A DNA stretch of 64,000 nt from Candidatus Saccharimonadota bacterium. GTDB taxonomy: Bacteria > Patescibacteriota > Saccharimonadia > Saccharimonadales > Saccharimonadaceae. Position 1 is the first letter of the stretch. Every line of letters starts with the position of its first letter. The notes under the pieces are model-generated. The model ran no database searches. It saw only the letters and a list, made by a program, of their open reading frames with translations, and was not told where the DNA came from. Where the stretch lies: positions 18,877-82,876 of the forward strand of contig JAFXZL010000002.1 of NCBI GenBank assembly GCA_017541245.1, written 5' to 3'. The position numbers and the translations under genes are program-made. Below are positions 44,546-52,073 of this stretch, piece by piece.

Positions 44546-45196
44546 TTATTCTGGCAAGTCAAACAGTGGCAATTCCGCGATATCGTAATCGGCAATTTTT
44601 GTGCGGCGAAGTTCAGTCGTATATGCACCACAGCCGAGCGCTTCCCCAATGTCTTCTGCGAGGGTGCGGATATATGTGCCACTACTAACATGCGTGCGGA
44701 TCTTTAGATATGGCGAGACATACTCTAATAACTCAAGCTCATAAATCGTAACTTTGCGTTTTGGCATGTCTACAGTTTTTCCCGCGCGTGCAAGTTTGTA
44801 TGCGCGTTGGCCATTAATCTTAATGGCAGAAAAAGCTGGTGGAGTCTGTTCGATTTCGCCAACAAACTGCGCGAGAGTTTCGATGATTTTTTCGCGCGAG
44901 ATTTCTGGCTTTTCATTCGCGATAGTAATCTCGCCCTCTGGATCACCAGTGCTCGAAGTCGCGCCTAGGCGGATTGTAGCTTCATAAACTTTATCGAGCT
45001 TGGTCAATTCTGGAGCCTTCTTTGTCGCTTTGCCGGCTAGTAGAATCAGAAGTCCGGTAGCAAACGGGTCAAGCGTGCCAGTATGGCCAACTTTGACTTT
45101 GTGCCCTTCGCGTTCGGATAGTAAGCGACGAACGCGCGCAACGGCGCCAAAAGAACTCATTCCAGATGGTTTATCGACAAAAATTATTTCTTCCAT
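44546..45196 (-). CDS. truB: tRNA pseudouridine(55) synthase
   Basis: VDKPSGMSSF and the catalytic GHTGTLDPFATGLLIL. Confidence 0.9.
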   Translation of the reverse strand: MEEIIFVDKPSGMSSFGAVARVRRLLSEREGHKVKVGHTGTLDPFATGLLILLAGKATKKAPELTKLDKVYEATIRLGATSSTGDPEGEITIANEKPEISREKIIETLAQFVGEIEQTPPAFSAIKINGQRAYKLARAGKTVDMPKRKVTIYELELLEYVSPYLKIRTHVSSGTYIRTLAEDIGEALGCGAYTTELRRTKIADYDIAELPLFDLPE

Positions 45197-45217
45197 TAAA
45201 TGTATTATACTTTAATT
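45197..45217. promoter_or_regulatory. 21-bp divergent region with overlapping -10 boxes (both genes apparently leaderless)
   Basis: The minus strand has TATAAT (45204-45209) 7 nt from the truB ATG. The plus strand has TATACT (45206-45211) 6 nt from ATG 45218. Confidence 0.5.
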
Positions 45218-46144
45218 ATGGAAAGAAAACCGAGATCAGGCGAGCAAAACAAACAAGAGGAAACAGAGCAGGATATACTAATTGCCGGCCCACAAACTGA
45301 ACAATACGGGAACGAGCAAGAAGTTCAACAAGATTCTTTTAACGAAGGTTTAACACTAATTAAGAGAGTTACCCGCGCACAATATATCGAACGATTACGC
45401 GCAGATCCGCAACGCAAGGAATCTATGAGGGGCCACGCCATGGATATAGCCGATACCGAAGATGCTTTTCGCGTTCGACTAGCGAGCATCAAGGAAAAAA
45501 GCGGCGAGATGTCCAAAAAAGAGTTTGAGCGTTGGGAAGATGATTACGCGGATAACTGGCGTTATCTGCAACAAGATTTGGCGCGTATGGATTACGATAA
45601 TAGTTCACAAGAAGCAATGGAATACGAGGCTGACGTTGAGGCCGCTATGTTTTCGAGTGAATCGCACCTAGACGAAGCAATTGAGGCTCGCTCTGGAGAT
45701 TATTACACCGAGCGTTCACGCGCATTACGAGACGCAATCAATGCCTCCGACGAAAAGACAAAACAATCAGATTTGAGCCTTCTTGGTAGCTTTTGGTCCT
45801 CCGTCGCGGAACATCTAGAATACAGATATACAACACAAGCCGAACTGCGCGATCAATATGGCGATGACATGTGGAGCCTACAACAATTTGATGAGCGCCG
45901 TACTGCTTCTCATAATGACGCAATTAAACACCTGAATTACTTGAATGACTTAGCACGCAAATACGGCACGAGGCCATTTACGCCACGCAATTTTTGGACT
46001 AGCCAAAACCAGCGCCAGACCCCCGCAATGTCGAACCGCATGAGCTATGATAGGCATGTTTTTGAATCATTCTATACGCACGCTTTTGGCAAAGAAAGCG
46101 TGGACCGAATTCGTCGCAAACACGAGCGCAATAGTTACTGGTAA
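45218..46144 (+). CDS. hypothetical protein (308 aa, acidic, soluble)
   Basis: Uninterrupted ORF. ATG at 45218 is placed 6 nt after a -10 box. No family recognised. Confidence 0.6.
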   Translation: MERKPRSGEQNKQEETEQDILIAGPQTEQYGNEQEVQQDSFNEGLTLIKRVTRAQYIERLRADPQRKESMRGHAMDIADTEDAFRVRLASIKEKSGEMSKKEFERWEDDYADNWRYLQQDLARMDYDNSSQEAMEYEADVEAAMFSSESHLDEAIEARSGDYYTERSRALRDAINASDEKTKQSDLSLLGSFWSSVAEHLEYRYTTQAELRDQYGDDMWSLQQFDERRTASHNDAIKHLNYLNDLARKYGTRPFTPRNFWTSQNQRQTPAMSNRMSYDRHVFESFYTHAFGKESVDRIRRKHERNSYW

Positions 46145-46155
46145 AGCGTAATCAA

Positions 46156-46184
46156 TTGACTTTTTTGGCAAAGTGTGCTATAAT
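46156..46184 (+). promoter_or_regulatory. sigma70-type promoter of cassette C
   Basis: TTGACT (46156-46161), a 17-nt spacer, then TGTGCTATAAT (-10 at 46179-46184). Confidence 0.65.
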
Positions 46185-46236
46185 AATGTTATTACTTCTG
46201 TCATTGAGTAATAAATCATAAAAGGGGGTGATGGTG

Positions 46237-46500
46237 ATGGCAGACGTAAAGAACAATGCCAATACCATCGACTTGATGCAGAGAGAAAAGTTTCGTGATG
46301 CTGTTTTTGCGCAGATTGCGAAACGTGAGGATTTTAGCCGTCTGGTTTGTCTTGGCGTCGATGCCTTGACCGAGGGCGAGAAGTCCGATCTCCGCGCGGC
46401 GATGGTTGTTGATGGCGTTTCTTTGGAGCCCACGGGCACTGACGCGGGACTTACCGCCGTCGCGAGAAGTATCACTGCTCGCGCAGTCAAATTAGCCTAG
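46237..46500 (+). CDS. small soluble hypothetical protein (cassette C, 87 aa)
   Basis: AAAGGGGG lies 8 nt before ATG 46237. Codons are GC-rich. A promoter lies upstream and a terminator downstream. No family recognised. Confidence 0.5.
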   Translation: MADVKNNANTIDLMQREKFRDAVFAQIAKREDFSRLVCLGVDALTEGEKSDLRAAMVVDGVSLEPTGTDAGLTAVARSITARAVKLA

Positions 46501-46522
46501 TCCAAGAAAAACCACAAAAAGC

Positions 46523-46556
46523 GCGGTCGCTCCATCCGGAACGGCCGCTTTTCTTT
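46523..46556 (+). terminator. intrinsic terminator of cassette C
   Basis: GCGGTCG...CGGCCGC stem with an inner TCC/GGA extension, followed by TTTTCTTT. Confidence 0.65.
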
Positions 46557-46573
46557 GGCAAATATTTTTTGGA

Positions 46574-47164
46574 TTAATCTTTATATTTTACGATGAAGGA
46601 TTCAATACCGGCTGAACCATTGGTTTCGTCTAGGCGATCATAAATTTTACCTTCACGTACATATAGAAGGACTGGTGCTTGTTCGCCGTTTAGGGTTATC
46701 TCTTCGGCGTAATCGTCATATTGGCTTGGCTCATCATTCTTTGGGTAATTATAGTGATAGACATTTGCCAAAACACCGTTGTTCCCTGCTACCTCAGTGA
46801 GGCGCTCTTCAAAGCTGACGCAGCCCGTGCAGTCATCGGAAGATGCATAAATAAAGCCAGTCTGGCCACTTTCGTAGAAATCGATTACGGAGCCGGCGCC
46901 GATGCTGAGCATTTCGCCTTCTTTCATGTTTTGGAGCTCCGTTGCGAACTGCCCCATAAATTGGCGACCATACTTGTGCTTCAAAGAATAATCAAAGATG
47001 ACGGTAAAGGAAATCGCAAAAGTTAATGCGACCAAGACAGCAGTTAATACGCATGCTAAGAAACAAATTGGTAGCGCATCATTCCTGCAGCCACAATTTG
47101 CGCACTTGCATTCTTTTCCGCATTCACATTTTTCAACTTTTTTCGAAGATTTGGTATTTGCCAT
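46574..47164 (-). CDS. membrane-anchored thioredoxin-fold protein with an N-terminal Cys cluster
   Basis: The N-terminus KCECGKECKCANCGC is followed by one TM. The external domain has a CxxC (DDCTGCVSF) in a thioredoxin-like context (...APVLLYVREGKIYD). Confidence 0.6.
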   Translation of the reverse strand: MANTKSSKKVEKCECGKECKCANCGCRNDALPICFLACVLTAVLVALTFAISFTVIFDYSLKHKYGRQFMGQFATELQNMKEGEMLSIGAGSVIDFYESGQTGFIYASSDDCTGCVSFEERLTEVAGNNGVLANVYHYNYPKNDEPSQYDDYAEEITLNGEQAPVLLYVREGKIYDRLDETNGSAGIESFIVKYKD

Positions 47165-47204
47165 AAGAATTCCTATTACGTTTAAGCTTATTTTACCACA
47201 AAAA

Positions 47205-47226
47205 ATATCTCCCCGTGGGGAGATAT
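47205..47226 (-). terminator. intrinsic terminator of rnj
   Basis: ATATCTCCCC-G-T-GGGGAGATAT palindrome, followed on the minus strand by TTTTTT. Confidence 0.7.
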
Positions 47227-47231
47227 TCGTT

Positions 47232-49421
47232 TTAGACCTTGTTGATGACCGGAATCACGATTGGCGTGTGGCCAGTTGCATCAAAGAGAATGTGCGTAAC
47301 GTCTTCCTTGATTTCTTCCTTCATCGCCTTGATGTCGTCGTCCGTAGAGATTGTATGATCAGTCTTCGCGCGGAGATAATGGCGGATCTTGCCGATTAGC
47401 TCCTCGGAGTTGTCGAGATAGATAAACGCGCGAGAAACAATATCAGGCGTCTTGATGAGGCGACCAGTTTTCTTACTGAGCGTCAAAATCACCACGAAAA
47501 TACCTTCGCGAGAAATATGAATACGGTCTTTTACGACAGCTTCATTAACTTGCTGATCGGCGTCGTCATAGAGCTTGTTGCCTACATGGATGCGACCGTT
47601 CTTGTGAATGGTTTGGTCTGGCATCAATTCGACGATATCACCGTCATCCGCAACAATAATGCGGTCTTTTGGAATACCGACAACATTCTCGGCCATTTCG
47701 GCGTTATGCTGCAACATGTAGAACTCGCCATGGTATGGCATATAGTTCTTTGGCTGCATATCGGTAACAAACTTTACATGATCCTCGAAGTAGGCGTGAC
47801 CAGAAAGATGAAGTGGGCCAATATTAGTAAGATGCGTTTTTCCGTTCTGAATAACCTGAGCACCTTCGCGAAGAAGGCCGCCAACCGTGTTTACGACCTT
47901 TGGCTCGTTACCCGGGATTGGGTTAGAGCTAAAGACGATAGTATCAGTGGCCTTAATCTTGATATAGCGATGTGCGCCAGAAATCATACGACTAAGAACT
48001 GCGTTCATTTCGCCCTGAGAACCAGTACAGACAATCGTGACGCGTTCGTCTGGAAGCTTGATGATATCTTCCATCTTCATGATGGTGTCTTTTGGTACCT
48101 TGATAGCCTTGGCGCGAAGTGCAACTTCAACGTTATTTATCATCGAATAACCAGCAAAGGCAACTTTACGACCACGAGCCGCAGCCTCTTTTAGCACGAG
48201 TTCGATGCGCTTAACCTGAGACGAGAAACAGGAAATAATTACGCGACCATTTGCGTAGTGATCCATGACACGACCCATGTTTTCGCCAACATCAAATTCG
48301 GAATGAGGATGCGTGCCTGGAGTGTCAATGTTTGTAGACTCGTTAAGAAGAAGTGCGTAGCCTTCCTTGTCGCGAATCTCGAGCATGCGATCATAATCTG
48401 CTGGAGTATCCATTGGATTTTTTTCGAAGCGCCAGTCGCCGGATAGCAAAATGTTGCCATTTGGCGTGCGAATAACGATAGATGTATTACCTGGAATAGA
48501 GTGCAAAGTATGGATAAACTCTGCAGAAAGATGCTCGGACAGTTTAATATTCTCGTGCTTGAGTGGGTCCACTTCGTGATAGTTCATATCTGGAATATCA
48601 GAAAGTTCAGACATCTGCTTCTTGATCATGCCAATCGTAAATGGGGTGGCATAAATTGGTACGAGCGGGCCAAAATATGGCAAAAGATGACGGCAGGCAC
48701 CAATGTGATCGAGGTGAGCGTGCGTAAACAGAATCGCTTTTACCTTGTCGCGGTTATCGTCGAGCCATTTGGAATCTGGCACCATATAGTTGACGCCAGG
48801 ATAATCTTCGCTTGCAAAAAGCGTACCCATATCAATGAGGACGATTTCGCCTTGATACTCGATGGCGGTCATATTCTTACCGATACCGAATTCGCCAAGA
48901 CCACCGATTGGAATAACGCGTACTGCATCTCTGTGCTGACGAGCCTGCTTAATCTGTGCCATTGTAATCTGCTGGCCGTTATAGCCATTGTAGCGAGATT
49001 TATTTACAGGGATGCCAATAATATGCTGCGTAGCCTGGGCGTTAACATCCTGGCTAAGCATACGCTGATGGTGAACCATCTCGCCCTTACGAGTCGAAAC
49101 GAGCAAGTTAACGTCACGTTTTTTGTCAGTATTGCTTGCAGCTTGTTTAGTTGCTTTGGAATTGCGTGCCGTATTGGATTTTTTTGCGGCGGCTTTCTTG
49201 CCGGTTGGCGTGGCAGCCTTTTTGACGGTTTTTGCAGCGGCGGTTTTGGTTGTCGTCTTTTTACGAACGAGTTTTTCGTCTTTGCCGCCTGGCGCAAAAT
49301 TGGCATTGAAATTACGTTTTTGGTTTTCCTCAAATGCCTTTTTTATGTCTGGCAAACGTTCAGCGCGCATTTTTAGGAGTTTTGCGCGGCGCTCAGCTTC
49401 TGCCTTGTTTTTATCGTTCAT
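47232..49421 (-). CDS. rnj: ribonuclease J with a ~165-aa Lys/Ala-rich N-terminal extension
   Basis: Metallo-beta-lactamase motif is FTHAHLDHIG. A beta-CASP region and an RNase J C-terminal domain are present. The N-terminus is KKTTTKTAAAKTVKKAATPTGKKAAAKK. Confidence 0.9.
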   Translation of the reverse strand: MNDKNKAEAERRAKLLKMRAERLPDIKKAFEENQKRNFNANFAPGGKDEKLVRKKTTTKTAAAKTVKKAATPTGKKAAAKKSNTARNSKATKQAASNTDKKRDVNLLVSTRKGEMVHHQRMLSQDVNAQATQHIIGIPVNKSRYNGYNGQQITMAQIKQARQHRDAVRVIPIGGLGEFGIGKNMTAIEYQGEIVLIDMGTLFASEDYPGVNYMVPDSKWLDDNRDKVKAILFTHAHLDHIGACRHLLPYFGPLVPIYATPFTIGMIKKQMSELSDIPDMNYHEVDPLKHENIKLSEHLSAEFIHTLHSIPGNTSIVIRTPNGNILLSGDWRFEKNPMDTPADYDRMLEIRDKEGYALLLNESTNIDTPGTHPHSEFDVGENMGRVMDHYANGRVIISCFSSQVKRIELVLKEAAARGRKVAFAGYSMINNVEVALRAKAIKVPKDTIMKMEDIIKLPDERVTIVCTGSQGEMNAVLSRMISGAHRYIKIKATDTIVFSSNPIPGNEPKVVNTVGGLLREGAQVIQNGKTHLTNIGPLHLSGHAYFEDHVKFVTDMQPKNYMPYHGEFYMLQHNAEMAENVVGIPKDRIIVADDGDIVELMPDQTIHKNGRIHVGNKLYDDADQQVNEAVVKDRIHISREGIFVVILTLSKKTGRLIKTPDIVSRAFIYLDNSEELIGKIRHYLRAKTDHTISTDDDIKAMKEEIKEDVTHILFDATGHTPIVIPVINKV

Positions 49422-49538
49422 TTATTCCTTTTTTTAATAGCTTTAATATTTAATTCCCACACTTAAGGCGCAGTATTTTCCTACAGTAATATAGGTGAAT
49501 AAGAGTTGTTGCGCTAAAAGTAATAACTTAGTGATTAT

Positions 49539-49567
49539 ATTATATCAAATACAGATAAAGATGTCAA
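49539..49567 (-). promoter_or_regulatory. sigma70-type promoter of rnj (gives a ~110-nt leader)
   Basis: On the minus strand: TTGACA (49562-49567), a 17-nt spacer, then TTTGATATAAT (-10 at 49539-49544). Confidence 0.6.
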
Positions 49568-49569
49568 AG

Positions 49570-49594
49570 AAAAACCCCGCCGGTGGAGGCGGGG
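49570..49594 (-). terminator. intrinsic terminator of cassette D
   Basis: CCCCGCC-tccacc-GGCGGGG on the minus strand, followed by TTTTT. Confidence 0.7.
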
Positions 49595-49640
49595 GTGCTG
49601 ATTCCTACTACCAAACAACCGAGATTGTCTCGTAGCAAAA

Positions 49641-50168
49641 TTACCAGCTAGTGCTTTTGGGAGTACTCCTCTTGGGCTTCGGGGTCTGGTACCAGACAAT
49701 GAGGTCGCGGAGAGTCATTGTAGGCTGCTCCTTTACCGTCTTGCCTTCTGTGGCCTTCTCGCGAGCCTTGACGGCTGCTTCATACAGACGCTTCACCTTG
49801 TTGCGGATTGCAGTGCGGAACTTGCTTTCAGGCATTGTAGAGCGGGCCATCGAGCGAAAGTCTTTGACGGCCTGTTCGGTACATTCAAGACCAAGTTCCT
49901 TAATGCTCTCCATTACGGCCCCCCATTGACGCTCGGTACGAGCGCTGAGCTCGTTGTATTTTTCGACAACGATACGGGAATTGCCGCCGTAATACTTGTT
50001 GAAAACGTACTGTACCTCCGGAGGCATCCAGCAATCAAGTTTGTCGTAGACGCCCCTGATTTGATTGTAGTCGCCTACGGTTTTAAGCCAGGCGTCCAAT
50101 CTCCAATAATAGAGTTCCTTCCCATTTTTTGCACTTGTAGAAGAGCTAAATGACACATGAATCACCAC
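49641..50168 (-). CDS. soluble hypothetical protein with a basic tail (cassette D)
   Basis: GC-rich ORF between its own promoter and terminator. The SD-like AAAGGTGGTGA suggests that the true start may be the second in-frame GTG at 50159. No family recognised. Confidence 0.55.
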   Translation of the reverse strand: MVIHVSFSSSTSAKNGKELYYWRLDAWLKTVGDYNQIRGVYDKLDCWMPPEVQYVFNKYYGGNSRIVVEKYNELSARTERQWGAVMESIKELGLECTEQAVKDFRSMARSTMPESKFRTAIRNKVKRLYEAAVKAREKATEGKTVKEQPTMTLRDLIVWYQTPKPKRSTPKSTSW

Positions 50169-50198
50169 CTTTCATTGATATGTGCCAACTCAGATATA

Positions 50199-50227
50199 AT
50201 TATAGCACAAACGCTTTAAAATGTCAA
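50199..50227 (-). promoter_or_regulatory. sigma70-type promoter of cassette D
   Basis: On the minus strand: TTGACATTTTAAAGCGTTTGTGCTATAAT. It differs at 1 of 29 positions from the cassette G promoter. Confidence 0.65.
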
Positions 50228-50235
50228 TGGCATAG

Positions 50236-50265
50236 CAAAAAGCCACCTCTGTTTTGAGGTGGCTT
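50236..50265 (-). terminator. intrinsic terminator (second hairpin after cassette E)
   Basis: AAGCCACCTC-aaaaca-GAGGTGGCTT on the minus strand, followed by TTTTT. Confidence 0.7.
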
Positions 50266-50304
50266 CAGTGTAGTCAGATTATTACTAAGTGCAATCTTGT
50301 AATT

Positions 50305-50330
50305 GAGGGGGAGTTTTGAGGCTCCCCCTC
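50305..50330 (-). terminator. GC-rich hairpin after the cassette E stop (first of two)
   Basis: GAGGGGGAG, an 8-nt loop, then CTCCCCCTC. The trailing sequence is only moderately U-rich. Confidence 0.45.
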
Positions 50331-50371
50331 GCAAGGTACCAGGCTGTGGGTCAGCCCAAAAGAAGAGTTAA

Positions 50372-51685
50372 CTATTCGACGTCGTCAGGATCCGGGTCGC
50401 CCTGGTTGACGCCGTCATCCTGAACTGCAGGCTCTACAGTTTCAGAACCGTGCTGGTCTTCCTGGATTTGGTTCAGATCTCCATGATCTTCACCGCCGCC
50501 GGCCTCTACTTCATAAGACCGGCCTCCATGCTCTTCTGTCGTGCCATCATCATGGTCAGCAGTGGCAGAACCGGAATCGGTTCCAGCCGAAGCATCGGGC
50601 TGTCCGTCAGACGTAGTAGGACCGCTATCGGAAGGAGCAGGTTCGGGCGTAGATGGAGCAGGCGGAGCGGGTGGAGTATAGGTCTCCGGAGAATCTGGCT
50701 CATCAGTAATGGTCTCATCAATGTCATGATTCTCACCGCCGCCAAAGTCCTCATACCCTGACTCCGTAGGATCAGCCTGCTGCTGCGGACCCGCATCGGG
50801 ATCCTTAGGCTCGGGCGTAGGCGTAGGTTCCGGAGTAGGCTCAGGAGTCGGTTCCGGAGTAGGTTCCGGTGTCGGCTCTGGCGTAGGTTCCGGAGTAGGC
50901 TCAGGGGTCGGCTCCGGAGTAGGTTCCGGAGTAGGCTCTGGCGTAGGTTCCGGAGTAGGTGTCGGCTCATCAGGAGGTACCGGCGGAGTCCAGTATGGAA
51001 TGTCTACTGGCTGATAGCCGCATTCCAACCTGAATTTCACGATTCCCGGCTTCCCGAGGTCAAACACTACCACGTGTCCACCTTCGTTCTGCGTGTCGCG
51101 AACGATAACGCTAGGCTTGTTGCCCTCAAGGTGGTTATGCCACTGATACATCTGGGACGTATAGTGGTCAAGCCCCTGAATGCTGATTTCCGAACTGGTC
51201 AGATAATCAGTGATTAAGGCAACTGCACGATCCCAATAGTCCTGATCCTTCAGGAAATGGAGATGTGCCGCGTCAGCCCTCTGGCCGATTAAGACGTCTT
51301 GCTCGTCGCGGAGAATCGTCTCCGGCAAAACAAGGCTCTCGTCCATATGAACCGCTACGGCAGCACAAAATGCAGGGTCGACTTTGATCGATTCGAAAAA
51401 GTCACCTGTTCCCTGGTTTGTTGCCACCCATTCCTGGACGGATGCCACCTTTCCTTCTGCGACGGCTTTGTCGGCCTGGGCCTTGCGGTCCGGGCCGAAG
51501 TTGAAGTTGTTGTTGCCAATGTCGTCGGCGTTCACATCATCATTGAAGTAGTGAATCACCCTACCAGAAGCAGCGTAGGCTGCCTGGATGATGCCACCCC
51601 TGATTGTCGGAACGCATAAACAGATGGCAAGAACAAGAAACACGGCGCTAATGATTGCGCCTTTTTTCGCTGTGCTAGTCTTCAT
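50372..51685 (-). CDS. exported protein with (PEPT)n repeats and an acidic tail, unknown function (cassette E)
   Basis: GGAAGGT lies 7 nt before ATG 51685. There is an N-terminal signal/TM (GAIISAVFLVLAICLCVP), a globular domain of about 200 aa, PTPEPTPEPTPEP... repeats and a D/E/G/S/T-rich C-terminus. Confidence 0.65.
   Translation of the reverse strand: MKTSTAKKGAIISAVFLVLAICLCVPTIRGGIIQAAYAASGRVIHYFNDDVNADDIGNNNFNFGPDRKAQADKAVAEGKVASVQEWVATNQGTGDFFESIKVDPAFCAAVAVHMDESLVLPETILRDEQDVLIGQRADAAHLHFLKDQDYWDRAVALITDYLTSSEISIQGLDHYTSQMYQWHNHLEGNKPSVIVRDTQNEGGHVVVFDLGKPGIVKFRLECGYQPVDIPYWTPPVPPDEPTPTPEPTPEPTPEPTPEPTPEPTPEPTPEPTPEPTPEPTPEPTPEPTPTPEPKDPDAGPQQQADPTESGYEDFGGGENHDIDETITDEPDSPETYTPPAPPAPSTPEPAPSDSGPTTSDGQPDASAGTDSGSATADHDDGTTEEHGGRSYEVEAGGGEDHGDLNQIQEDQHGSETVEPAVQDDGVNQGDPDPDDVE
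50821..50960 (-). repeat. 60-bp higher-order tandem repeat (about 2.3 copies) encoding (PEPT)5 units
   Basis: GCGTAGGTTCCGGAGTAGGCTCAGG... restarts at 50821, 50881 and 50941 with only a few substitutions per copy. The internal period is 12 bp. Confidence 0.8.
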
Positions 51686-51911
51686 TTGCGTCACCTTCCT
51701 TTCGGATTGGTCTTGCCCAACTTAGGGCAGATGTGAAAACACATAGATAGATATGCGCCTGCTATTACTAGCAAGCAAAGCACCCCTTCCCAGAGGGTGG
51801 AACTACAGAAAATAGTTTCTCTTCTTACTGCGTAGATTGTACGCAGTAATAATCTGGCTGTTAATGCTGCGTATTACGTAAGACTCCGCAAAGAATTACG
51901 AGTACCTATAT

Positions 51912-51940
51912 ATTATATCAAACTTACGCTTATTTGTCAA
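51912..51940 (-). promoter_or_regulatory. sigma70-type promoter of cassette E (gives a ~220-nt leader)
   Basis: On the minus strand: TTGACA (51935-51940), a 17-nt spacer, then TTTGATATAAT (-10 at 51912-51917). Confidence 0.6.
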
Positions 51941-51972
51941 GTCTTGTACCTCTTATGGCTAGCATTTGGGCT

Positions 51973-52001
51973 TTGACAAAGCCCTCAAGACTTGCTAAAA
52001 T
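51973..52001 (+). promoter_or_regulatory. sigma70-type promoter of nusA
   Basis: TTGACA (51973-51978), a 17-nt spacer, then TGCTAAAAT (-10 at 51996-52001). Confidence 0.6.
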
Positions 52002-52073
52002 GATTACATACAGATAAAGACCGGCTCGAAAAGAGGCGGTTTTATTAGTGTAAAAGATTAAAGAAAGGATTAT

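Noticed and set aside
47517-49376. 225-aa and 291-aa plus-strand ORFs antisense to rnj
   Set aside because: They lie inside the well-supported RNase J gene. Their translations are low-complexity or hydrophobic with no recognisable motifs.
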